64,000 nucleotides of DNA from contig NW_026515692.1 of assembly GCF_025526975.1 (NCBI RefSeq), forward strand, positions 372,001-436,000. The letters are read 5' to 3'. The position numbers and the translations under genes are program-made. The number at the start of each line of letters is the position of its first letter. Position 1 is the first letter of the stretch. The notes beneath the pieces are model-generated. The model ran no database searches. It worked only from the letters and a program-made list of their open reading frames with translations, and had not been told where the DNA came from. The DNA comes from Fimicolochytrium jonesii (taxonomy: Eukaryota). Positions 50,735 through 60,426 of the stretch are shown here, one piece after another.

Positions 50735-51412
50735 TCATCCGGGTCTCAGATTACCATAATCGACCCAGAATGCTATCACCTCCAAAAGCTCGTTCTTGCT
50801 CCCTTTAAACCACTCGCAATGTCCTTTGGTGGTTTTACAGCAGCACTCGATATGACCAAGCCATTTGTTTTTTGTCTTTAGTTCATTGTGTATCAAGTGC
50901 TCGCACAAGCGATGGCGGCTTACCTTCCAATACCCTTCTAAAGTAATAGGTTGTTTGCATTGCCTCTCCCACTGTTTTCCGCGCTTTACCGGTCCCACCT
51001 TTGTGTTTGTACAACCGATTTTATACTGTTCCAGTTCTACGGATTGATTTCCACTTTTCCGAAACATATATATATACCCCGGTTCGTCGTTGCCTTTTTC
51101 CTTGTCGGACAGCAGTACGCTAAGAACGCGAAGACAACTGTGTCCCTTTAGCCGATCGGCAATCAAATTTAAATCATGATCTGGTGAGCAACGTTTTGAT
51201 GTGCGGACAGGGACAGGTGGCGGCTCAATACAAATAGGACCCAAAGGTTGCGGTAAATGGGTCTGCGATTCTAACGCTTGAGATTGCGATTGCAACCACT
51301 TGTTGCGCAATACTACTACAACCTTCTGGGGCAGAACGGACTTGATAAATAGGAAAAGTAAAGCACATATTGCTAGTAATTTAACGTGTCGCCAAAACTC
51401 GCATCTACGCAT
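50735..51412 (-). CDS. T5orf172/MUG113 (GIY-YIG superfamily) protein with N-terminal hydrophobic anchor
   Basis: PGYIYMF, YKIGCT, KRGKQWERQC, EHLIHNEL and HCEWF. Confidence 0.85.
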   Translation of the reverse strand: MRRCEFWRHVKLLAICALLFLFIKSVLPQKVVVVLRNKWLQSQSQALESQTHLPQPLGPICIEPPPVPVRTSKRCSPDHDLNLIADRLKGHSCLRVLSVLLSDKEKGNDEPGYIYMFRKSGNQSVELEQYKIGCTNTKVGPVKRGKQWERQCKQPITLEGYWKVSRHRLCEHLIHNELKTKNKWLGHIECCCKTTKGHCEWFKGSKNELLEVIAFWVDYGNLRPG

Positions 51413-51511
51413 CTTACTGTTTCACCACAAATTACTGTAGCGACAGTGCGCCCGCATGTAGCGTGTTGTGTACTTTTACGACGTGCGAATAATTAGAGCT
51501 CTGAGGTATAC

Positions 51512-51921
51512 TGCGAATAAATGGGCAACTCTTAATTTCGGCTTTATGCAAATTTGAATGATTAAATAATAAAAAGAAACAGATACTGAAAATAAATAGG
51601 CAACGTCTATGTCAGCTTTAGGCAGAATTGAATAATAAATAATAAAATAAATTAGATAATGCGAATAAATGGGCAACTCTTAATTTCGGTTTTTACGCAA
51701 AACTGAAAGATTGAATAATTAAATAATAAAAAGAAACAGATACTGAAAATAAATAGGCAACGTCTATGTCAGCTTTAGGCAAAATTGAATAATAATGCGA
51801 ATAAATGGACAACTCTTAATTTCGGTTTTTACGCACAACTGAAAGATCGAATAATAAAAAATCGAAATGATGCATATAGGTAGGGAACGTCTAATGTCAG
51901 CTTTAGGCAAAATTGGATAAA
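51512..51921. repeat. Three AT-rich tandem units of about 125-150 bp
   Basis: TGCGAATAAATGG(G/A)CAACTCTTAATTTCGG starts at 51512, 51660 and 51796; each unit contains AACGTCTA(A)TGTCAGCTTTAGGCA. Confidence 0.95.
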
Positions 51922-52048
51922 TGAACGACCAGAAGATAAGAACATCGAAATAATATATTGAGCTTGTTTTAACTTCAAAACTTTCCAACAACCAGCGGAT
52001 CCTCTTCCAATTAGTTGGTCCTGCGGTTGCAGGTGGTGCCTCACCTCC

Positions 52049-52260
52049 CTAAAACCTCTGGACGCACTCTATTATCCAAGTGAGTACCGTTCCTTTATTT
52101 ATTATTTTTTCCACAAATAGTGTAAAGAAAAATAAGAGTCCATAGGGTCTAGGGCTTTGCCGTCTTCAATAGTTTTGTATAAAAAGTCGGAAATAAATCG
52201 AAAAATTGACAATACAATCAATTTCTCAACCTATACAGCAGTATATATAGAAAAGTTTCA
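52049..52260 (+). repeat. Diverged direct repeat, copy 1 (copy 2 at 56021-56232)
   Basis: Colinear blocks CTGGAC..ATTATCC.AGTG..AAAAATAA.AGTC..AGTTTTG.ATA.AAAG..AAATTGACA..TATATA.GAAAAGTTTCA. Confidence 0.8.
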
Positions 52261-52470
52261 AGAGCGGGCTCAACCCCTGAGCCCATGGACGCAAATTTAT
52301 GGAACCGTTTTCCCCTACATGTCGGTACAGATTCGACTTACATATCGTCTGCCTGACTCGATGAATGGAGGGCGTCCACAGGTGGGAGCTCGCCAGCGTT
52401 TCCTGAGCTGTCAGAATTCTGCTCTTCTGTTCACTGAGTCATCACCGAAATCTGGAAGATTCCCGGGGTT

Positions 52471-52521
52471 ATGCCCCATATGCCCCATATGCCCCACATG
52501 CCCCATATGCCCCACATGCCC
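52471..52521 (+). repeat. 9-bp tandem repeat (ATGCCCCAY) x about 5.5
   Basis: Directly visible, about 150 bp upstream of the Rep-like ORF. Confidence 0.95.
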
Positions 52522-52674
52522 AAGAAGCAGGGCATTGTAGACCTGCACGACTTAGCCATGACAACAAGAATTTGATTTAGTGTGAACACACGATTTACAA
52601 CCCTCACCCTGCCATCCGTCCTTCCTACGCACACACGCGCACACAAACACATACAAACACACCTTTCAGCGGCA

Positions 52675-53301
52675 ATGAACGGCTCCGTAGACCCTTTCAA
52701 AGAAGTCGCAAAGTTTACAGACTATGCCGACTTCAAGCAGTGGTGCTCCCACAACAAACTCCCCCGTGGATACGCAAAGGCAGTTTGGGATTTCCACGAG
52801 AAGGAAGCCCGCGATATGGAATATAAACGCGAACGGCGCCACAACATTTTCGAGGACGGCGACCCTATCGCTGGAACCATCACGTCCCCTGCACTGCTCG
52901 ACCTTCGCTTCGACGCACCCATCCGCAAGACCCTTGTTCTTGTCGGTCCAGCCGGTTCCGGGAAGGTTCGATGGGTTCTCGAAAACAGCCCCAAGCCGAT
53001 CTACATCATTCGTTCCCCAAGCGACCTCCGCGGCTTCAGCAAGTTCCTGCAGCGATTTCCCGGTTACATCAAGTCGATGCTCTTTATCCAGATGGATTTC
53101 AAGAAATATCCTTATAACGAGCAGAGAAACGTGGTGGAAAGCCAAGTCCCCACTGCCCGTATTCCTTACCACGGACATGGGGTAAAAATCCCAGTCAATA
53201 TTCAGAGGACATTTGTCTGGAGCGGCGACGGATTCCCGTTTGGAGAAGAAGCGGGGGTCAGGCGTAGGATGCATATAGTTAATACAAATCTTGCTGAGTA
53301 A
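52675..53301 (+). CDS. CRESS-DNA-virus Rep-derived SF3 helicase domain (no HUH domain, degenerate Walker B)
   Basis: KTLVLVGPAGSGK, PKPIYII..SDLRGF, KSMLFIQMDF (usually IIFDDM), VKIP..RTF and PF...VRRR. Confidence 0.75.
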   Translation: MNGSVDPFKEVAKFTDYADFKQWCSHNKLPRGYAKAVWDFHEKEARDMEYKRERRHNIFEDGDPIAGTITSPALLDLRFDAPIRKTLVLVGPAGSGKVRWVLENSPKPIYIIRSPSDLRGFSKFLQRFPGYIKSMLFIQMDFKKYPYNEQRNVVESQVPTARIPYHGHGVKIPVNIQRTFVWSGDGFPFGEEAGVRRRMHIVNTNLAE

Positions 53302-53422
53302 GCACAGGCATCGAGGTGTCTGTGCTTAAAAGTAATGGAACAGTTTAGATTTTGATTTTTTCGCATGCATCATAAATCACTATATTACACAAATCACGCC
53401 AGGAAGTAGCGGCAGCCAGCGA

Positions 53423-53980
53423 TTATCTAGCAGACGTCGGCTTTTTGCTTCGCCTGGTATCGATGCCCTGAGTCAAGCTGCTACGCAAACCCGGCGGAAA
53501 ACTTGCTTCGTCCACAGGCGGTTGCCTACGGTACGCACGAGCGGCGTTAATTAAGTGTATTGCACGTTTCCAGGTAGTGGAGAAAATGCGCTGGACTTCA
53601 GTAAAAGATGTCTTCTGAGGAGCTGCTTGTCGTGCTTCGTTCAAAACAGTCCACAAATCTTTCATGAGCACCCGTAATGTATTGTCGTCCCAGCTAACCA
53701 TTTCCTCATATGCCGTGCGCTTTCCGCCATCGGCGTGATTTGCGCCACCCTGAAAGGGGTCGGGTGTGGTCGTTGCTTGAAGGACGAGTACCCAGAGTGC
53801 CAAGAGATACGCACGTTCGACGTCACCATCATCCGCATCGCCGACGGTGCTAGCTTGAGACTCTGTATCAGCGCTACTTGTGTCGGCATCGTCATTTTCA
53901 GAGTGCTGGCTCTTGGCAATTAGCAGAGCAAACGGGTCGTCGTAATTTTGTAACTGGTCGTTCTTAGAGATATGAACCAT
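53423..53980 (-). CDS. Hypothetical protein (185 aa)
   Basis: ATG-started ORF with an acidic N-terminus. Confidence 0.5.
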   Translation of the reverse strand: MVHISKNDQLQNYDDPFALLIAKSQHSENDDADTSSADTESQASTVGDADDGDVERAYLLALWVLVLQATTTPDPFQGGANHADGGKRTAYEEMVSWDDNTLRVLMKDLWTVLNEARQAAPQKTSFTEVQRIFSTTWKRAIHLINAARAYRRQPPVDEASFPPGLRSSLTQGIDTRRSKKPTSAR

Positions 53981-54107
53981 TTCTGAAACTTAGCCAAGAA
54001 TAAGTTTTCGACAGCCGGTCGACCGCACTAAATTTGCGCGGATGGAAATTGTTGGCTAGTGTTCATGAACTTACATTGCGATCTGCAGCATAGGATCTCG
54101 GACATGT

Positions 54108-55057
54108 TTATGCCGTGAAGTCTGTCTGCTGATGCAGGGGGCTTCTTAATCGCAGGTCTGTTTTGGCATCACCGACTTTTGTGGTCTGCCTGGTGCGGTG
54201 GCTTGTGTCAATTTTCATGACCGAGGATCCTTGTCGCTTCTCTCTCTCTTCTTTTGCAACTTTCTGATAAAGTCTCCAGAAGATCAGGGGACCGTAAGCC
54301 TGCGATATGAAGAAGACTGCACAGGTCACGACCGTCGTGGTGCTGTACCAGATCTTCCATTCGGTCCAATAACTAACGATGGCAACTATGCTGAATATCT
54401 GATTCAGAACCTTGCACGCAGTATCGATAGCGAACGTTGAGAAGAGTAGGCGCGAAAGCAGGCGAGTCTCTCCTCGCCAAACTCGATAGTAGACCAGTGA
54501 AATGTTTTCCACGAACTCGCAGAAAAGGAACCAGCCGTAGATACTGACCAGGATGCTTGCGCCAAACTCAGTGATTGGCTCGTTCGAAGGAGGGTCGTAC
54601 AGGTAGATACACGCGAGGACGATTGTGCTGACATGATGCAGTAGACACAACATCGAGGTATCAACTTGCCTTCGATTGAATTAATGTTCGGCACATTAGC
54701 ATGTGGTTGTGTCAAGGACATATCGATCGTCTTAAGCCCTCACCAGATAAGCTCAAACAAAAATGTCCCGCACGTGAACGTGATAAGGTATCGGATACAG
54801 ATTACTGATCCCACTCATGTTCTGGTGTTGCGAATCCACAAGATATCCAAAAACGGGTAGATTCCAGCGAGCATTGAGAGAGGTTTGACGATGGCGTTCC
54901 AAGCATCCTTGACAGTTGCTCGACGGGCGGTGACCGAGAGGTTTGTGAACGAGGCACCAAACGTCTTGACAAGAATGTAGCTGTCGAGGGCTTTGGCAAG
55001 GACCAATATGCCGCCAAGTTGTCCAAGCAGGACGAAGAAGAGGTCTTGAGGAATCAT
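54108..55057 (-). pseudogene. Fungal-type multi-pass membrane protein (TLC-like), decayed
   Basis: Several TM segments, FLFELIW* and LLHHVSTI; two in-frame TGA codons (about 54815 and 54740) and a frame change or intron. Confidence 0.6.
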
Positions 55058-55639
55058 GGCAGAAGGTTTTTGTCGCTGCAACTGGCTAGCTGCGTATTGC
55101 AAGCAGTTTATTGAGGGTCGTAGTTACTGGAATGAGTTTTTTGGGCTCAGTCGTGCGTTTGCGCGTGTCGTTTTTGAACCCATATGGACATTCCCTTCAT
55201 CATTTTTGAGTTTCATGTGAGTTGAACTATTAAGCAATCACGTCTGTTGACTTTAAACGAGTAGTTACTCACTGACGTTACTCAATACGATCTTTAATGG
55301 TTTTTGCGTGTGGGAAATGTTTCGATAGCTTGTATCTCCATGGACTATCAGAAAACCTGGGGAGGAACCCGGCTCGCGTTCAGTGATTATGTAATATCAT
55401 CCGCGCGGTCGGTCAAGCGTCTCGATCGATCGTAAGAGGAAAGAAGGGTAAACGAACACATAAATGATTGCCCATTTCTTACAATCGACCAGTTTATTTG
55501 GACTTGATGAAAACAACCGGATATGTGTATTTTGGAAAATATAAAAAACGATAATAAAGTTATTTGGTTAATAGCGGAAAATACGTCCGGTCGCTTAAAA
55601 AAGAAATGAGTATTATGGGTCAGATATAGTGCGAGTTTT

Positions 55640-55930
55640 ATTGGGTTAGGACCCTATTGGGTTAGGACCTAACCCTAGGAACTCAAGTGAGGAAATAAAT
55701 AGCAGAATTAAATGAAGAATTGATGAATAAAATAACAACAAATAGGAATACCGTTCATCCAAAAAGGCTGATAATTCACGAAATTACATTAATTCCACGA
55801 AAAGGGTATTTTACTTTGCAACAAACAAAAAAACAAAACCGGCAAGCAGTGAGGGTTAAAGATCGGGTTAGGGTTAGCGAGCGCCAAGACCTTGTTCGGC
55901 GGTCTTCATTGGGGTTAGGGTTAGGGTTCT
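55640..55930. repeat. Cluster of telomere-like GGGTTAG motifs in an AT-rich spacer
   Basis: TTGGGTTAGGACC twice and CCTAACCCTAGG (55641-55680), GGGTTAGGGTTAG (55865) and GGGGTTAGGGTTAGGGTT (55911). Confidence 0.75.
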
Positions 55931-56020
55931 TACCTGTCGAAAACAAATATGAACAAAACAACCGCCGCGTATTCCTCAAAGCGCGGTCGGTTCCAAAGGT
56001 TCTAGGGTTTTATTCTTAGT

Positions 56021-56232
56021 CTCAAACTCCTGGACCCGTTCCATTATCCGAGTGTGTTACTTTCTTTTTATTTATTTTCTTTTCAAAAGTAATGTAAGTA
56101 AAAATAAAAGTCAAGGGGGTCAACGGGTTTAAGGATTCCACAAGTTTTGCATAGAAAGCTAAAAATAAATTAAGAAATTGACATTAACGCCAATTATTCA
56201 ATGTGTACATATATATATATGGAAAAGTTTCA
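56021..56232 (+). repeat. Diverged direct repeat, copy 2
   Basis: See 52049-52260. Confidence 0.8.
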
Positions 56233-56622
56233 CAAACAGTCAACAGCTCTGCCCCCGGGGACGCGACTTTATGGAGCGGGTTTTGGCTACATTCGGCAGA
56301 GATATCTCAGTCAAATTCTCCGTCTGTCTCCATGAGTGGAGCGCGTCCCTCGGTTTCTCACCGAAAATATACCCAGTGTTCTGGAATAGGCCATGTGAAA
56401 GTGATAATGACATCGATTGAGCGCAGCACAATTTCACTTTTTCTGTAATTCCCTTCGCACTTGATTTATTGTTAAAGGTACTCACCTCGTCAGCGGGGTG
56501 CGTTTCCGGTTATTTTGCAGTAGAGTAGCGTGGTCAATTAAAATTATAGGTATCCGGAAAGTGATTATTCTAGTGATTCCTATTTCAATGTATGTTTATT
56601 CATATCCATCCCTTTTCTCATT

Positions 56623-56738
56623 AAACGCACATCTGGTGCCTCGCGGTATAGCCCTAAACCAACATGCGTTTAAAAAGACGTTTTTCTTTTAATGATATAC
56701 TAATAAATCAACAACAACTAACGAAAAGCGGCAAAATG
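56623..56738 (+). promoter_or_regulatory. Duplicated upstream element, copy 1 (copy 2 at 57473-57583)
   Basis: AAACGCAC..GTGCCTCGCGGTATA..TAAACCAACATGCGTTTAAAAA..CAACAACAAC..CAAAATG precedes two different ORFs. Confidence 0.8.
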
Positions 56739-57038
56739 ACGGACAAAAACAACAAGACTATAGACGCAGTGGTGAAGAAAACTGAAAAATTGATCAAAGC
56801 AGCGAGAGATGAGTATACAGACGGTTTCATTGCCGATAAATTGCACGACCTCGGGAACTTTCTGAGTCCGCTCGATTGCGATGACAAAGATGCTGCAGAG
56901 GAGCATCTAAAAAAAGAACTTGCAGAATGGCTTGCTTTTTATAAACGGAAGGGCGCGCTGGATGATGAAACAGAATCATGGTTCCAAGAAGCCGTGGACA
57001 AAATGTTGGAAAAGCATGTGCGCAAAATTGTGGATTAA
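56736..57038 (+). CDS. Hypothetical helical protein (100 aa)
   Basis: Starts at AAAATG after the duplicated upstream element. Confidence 0.65.
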   Translation: MTDKNNKTIDAVVKKTEKLIKAARDEYTDGFIADKLHDLGNFLSPLDCDDKDAAEEHLKKELAEWLAFYKRKGALDDETESWFQEAVDKMLEKHVRKIVD

Positions 57039-57184
57039 GAATTACACTAAATACGCATGGTGGTTGGCAGTCTGTCGAACACATGGTAATAAAACACATA
57101 ATGAATACACTTGGCAATGATGGTGCCATGTTTATTTATTATATAGTCCAATGGGAGTTAATGGTAACACCCTCTCCTCTAATT

Positions 57185-57421
57185 TTATAGTTCCCTTCTG
57201 ACTTTGTTGATAGTTAGAGGTATCCGCCCACTGGGTGGGTGTGTGCCGTTCATTTTGCAGTAGCGAATCGCGGTCAAGTGGTTTATTCCTAGTTGTGCCG
57301 CCAGTCCACGGATTGTGTCGCTGTGAAACTTCTTTTCAAAACCGTGCACTTTATACGTTGCGTAATAATCAAAGTCCCTCCTACCTTTTTGCTTGATTGA
57401 TTCGATTGCGGTGCCGGTCAT
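57185..57421 (-). CDS. Small basic HTH-like protein
   Basis: FHSDTIRGLAAQLGINHLTAIRYC helix-turn-helix pattern; divergent from the primase-helicase. Confidence 0.55.
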   Translation of the reverse strand: MTGTAIESIKQKGRRDFDYYATYKVHGFEKKFHSDTIRGLAAQLGINHLTAIRYCKMNGTHPPSGRIPLTINKVRREL

Positions 57422-57472
57422 GGTTTCTTTCTATACCTTAAGCCAAAGAAAAACATTTTTCATAGTAAACGC

Positions 57473-57583
57473 AAACGCACACATCATGTGCCTCGCGGTA
57501 TATAGTTAAACCAACATGCGTTTAAAAAAGCGCTTTTATTAAGTGATAGACAAATATACCAACAACAACACGTACCCAAAATG
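57473..57583 (+). promoter_or_regulatory. Duplicated upstream element, copy 2
   Basis: See 56623-56738. Confidence 0.8.
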
Positions 57584-57767
57584 TCAGCTGCACCCGCCGC
57601 AGTCGCCTATCCTTCGCGAACAACTGGAGCAAAATCCGCCCGGCGTCTACGGAAAACATTAAAAACGAAATCAGCAGCTGGAGAGGGCGGCACGCCAGCG
57701 GCTCATGTGAAACTGAATCTGAGCCAACGTCTCCAGCCTTTACTCAAAAAGGGAGTATGCCAACGAA

Positions 57768-60146
57768 ATGCGTATAAACAAGTTGCTGAAATCACCCTTG
57801 CTGAACGCAAAAGAGCGCAGTTCACTATTGGCTTACCAAAATCAGCGTAAAAAACATGACGCTTTCGAAGGAAATTACATTTACAAGCAGCCGCAAGGCT
57901 ACGGACGTCTTTATGTCGACGGCATTGGGCACCAGAACCTGTCAAAAAATATCAGAACTTACATCACAAACGGTTACTACACGGACATCGATGTTGTGAA
58001 CTGTCAACCGACGCTGACTAGATTTCTTTTCCAGCTTTTCCATCTCCAATGTCCGCCGGATCTGGAGCGTTACTTGACAGATAAGGGCGCCGTTCTAGCA
58101 GAAAATGGGATAACGGACAAGAAAGTGGTGAACAAGTATTTAAACAAAAGCAAAAACGACGCACCGCACGCGTTTCTTAGAAATATCCACAAGGAGATTT
58201 ACGAGAAGCTTGTGCCGCGCCTTCAGGAGTCGCCGGAGTTTAAGCCGCTGTGGCAGTGGGTCGAAGCTTCCGACAAGAAATACAACAAACGCGGCTCTTT
58301 TTTCTCGTACGTTGTGGCGAGTATCGAGAATCTTGTGCTTTCAGCAATGCACTGCTTTTTTACGAGAGGGGGTTTTTCGCCAGACAGCCTGATATTCGAC
58401 GGGATGCTCGTAAAAGCCGACCCTCGAATAAACGACGACCTGCTGAGGGAATGCGAGCGTTTCATCGAAAAGCAAGTGGGTGCACAGGTGCAACTCGCGG
58501 TCAAGCCAATGGAATGTACTGTGGATTTTGACAAGGAAATCACAGTTGACACAAGCAACATTGTAATAGAGGGTAATAAAGAGCTGTCAAAGTTGATAGA
58601 GGAATCTCGGAGCGGCACTAGTGGACGGCTTGCTATACTCGCCATGTATTTGATGAAAGAGCGATACATTTGCATTCGGCGCAGGCAGTGGTTTAAATTC
58701 GAACAGCACAAGTGGACCGAGCTGGCAGGGTGCCCAAGCATGGACGCAATGGACTTGTTACTTTGTCCCATTAAAGAGTGGTACGACGCACTGCTTGTGG
58801 AATTGGATCGCATGCAGTGCGAAAGCGAGGATGAAGCCGAAAGACGGTACTTAAAAACTCAGGTTGAAAGAGTGGAAAGGGAGAAAAGGATGCGCGTCGA
58901 AGCGATTGAAGACTCGGGGATAAGGGTGAAAATCATGAAAGACTTAGAGGATCTAATGGACTCTTATACAAAAGACGTCGTTTTTGACACAAAACCGTAT
59001 CTATTGTGCTTTAAGAACGGGGTGTACGATCTTTTACTAGACGAATTGCGGGATGGGTTGCCGGAAGATTATCTCACCATCGGCGTGCCGTACGCTCTTC
59101 CTGACTCTATGTGTCCTGACATCGACGCAAAGCTCGACGCTTTGCTAGAAAGCATCTTCCCTGATAAGGAAGTTCTTCTATACGTGATGCTGACGCTTTG
59201 CACATGTCTAGAAGGAATCAATCGGCACGAGCAATACTGGACGTGGCTGGGCGTTGGTCGTAACGGCAAGGGTATTCTCAAAGATCTAACGCAGCACACG
59301 CTTGGAGAAGAGCTGTGCAAGTTTCCAAAGCCAACAATTCTAACTACAAAACGGTGCGGGTCGAGCCAAGCGAACCCCGAGTTTGTCGACCTAAAAGGCG
59401 CACGAGCGGTATTCGTTTCTGAGCCGTGTGTCGGGGAGAAAATCAAAAGCGCAACCTTGCGTGAGCTTACCGGCAATGATAAATCCCGGCAACGAGGGTT
59501 GTACGGTGCGCAGGAGACCGTGAGCCCTGATTACAGCTTATTTCTCTTGTGCAACGGACGTCCAGAGATGGACGCCCCTGACACCGACGCGATTTGGGAT
59601 AGGGAAAATAGCGTCCATTTTCCACACAAGTTTGTGGAAGATCCAAAACTGCCTCACGAGCGCCTGACTGACAAGGGATTGAAGCAAAAGCTCACAGAAT
59701 ACGCGCCGTATTTCATGCTCAAACTTTTGCAATGCTACAAGCAGTACAGGGAAAATGGATTCAAGTTGGATGCGCCACAAGGTGTTTTAGCGGTGAGCCG
59801 AGAATACCGGTTGGAAAACAACCCTGTCGAAAAGTTCTACCAGGAGCAAGTGGTAAAGGCGTCTGAGACAACTGCAAACGAAGGTTTTGAAGAGCTGGAG
59901 TCAAACAGCATGCTGCTGCCGGTCTCTCGACTCTGGTCTTTGTTTGAAAGGTGGAGAAAGGACAACACTGTGGCGGCAAGTATATCGGAAAATGGGTTCT
60001 ATCAGAAGCTAGCGAAATTAGCCAAGTGTGATGGTTTAAAACCCGTGAAAAGAAAAGTGGATGGTGCAAGGGTTATGTGCTACGAGTGTATGGTTATTAG
60101 GGAGTATGAGTGGAGCGGCGTGGACAGCTGCTGGCGTTTAAATTAG
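57768..60146 (+). CDS. TVpol (PolA-like primase-polymerase) fused to a D5-like SF3 helicase
   Basis: YGRLY..Q..IR, YTDIDVVNCQP (motif A) and LIFDGMLV (motif C); D5-N LLCFKNGVYDL..PEDYLT; Walker A GVGRNGKG, Walker B AVFVSE, motif C LLCN and AIWDR. The 5' end may involve ORF 57581. Confidence 0.9.
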   Translation: MRINKLLKSPLLNAKERSSLLAYQNQRKKHDAFEGNYIYKQPQGYGRLYVDGIGHQNLSKNIRTYITNGYYTDIDVVNCQPTLTRFLFQLFHLQCPPDLERYLTDKGAVLAENGITDKKVVNKYLNKSKNDAPHAFLRNIHKEIYEKLVPRLQESPEFKPLWQWVEASDKKYNKRGSFFSYVVASIENLVLSAMHCFFTRGGFSPDSLIFDGMLVKADPRINDDLLRECERFIEKQVGAQVQLAVKPMECTVDFDKEITVDTSNIVIEGNKELSKLIEESRSGTSGRLAILAMYLMKERYICIRRRQWFKFEQHKWTELAGCPSMDAMDLLLCPIKEWYDALLVELDRMQCESEDEAERRYLKTQVERVEREKRMRVEAIEDSGIRVKIMKDLEDLMDSYTKDVVFDTKPYLLCFKNGVYDLLLDELRDGLPEDYLTIGVPYALPDSMCPDIDAKLDALLESIFPDKEVLLYVMLTLCTCLEGINRHEQYWTWLGVGRNGKGILKDLTQHTLGEELCKFPKPTILTTKRCGSSQANPEFVDLKGARAVFVSEPCVGEKIKSATLRELTGNDKSRQRGLYGAQETVSPDYSLFLLCNGRPEMDAPDTDAIWDRENSVHFPHKFVEDPKLPHERLTDKGLKQKLTEYAPYFMLKLLQCYKQYRENGFKLDAPQGVLAVSREYRLENNPVEKFYQEQVVKASETTANEGFEELESNSMLLPVSRLWSLFERWRKDNTVAASISENGFYQKLAKLAKCDGLKPVKRKVDGARVMCYECMVIREYEWSGVDSCWRLN

Positions 60147-60426
60147 GATTAAATACACATTGCCATTGAATTCCTGCTTACTAAGCTCAGGCACCTGGAT
60201 GTTTGACAAGGCTTATCATTCGCCGGAATTTTGCAACCGCTATGTTCAATTGTTTTGCTTTTGATATATGATTTATTATTATTGTTGCCAAACGGTTGCG
60301 TTTAACAACAATTCATGGTTATTGTGCGTATAGCGCCACCGAGTTTCCTAGGTTCTACAGCAAAAACACAGCGTTATTCTTTTAAATCGACACGGACATA
60401 AAAGTGCGGTAACTTACTGTGGACGA

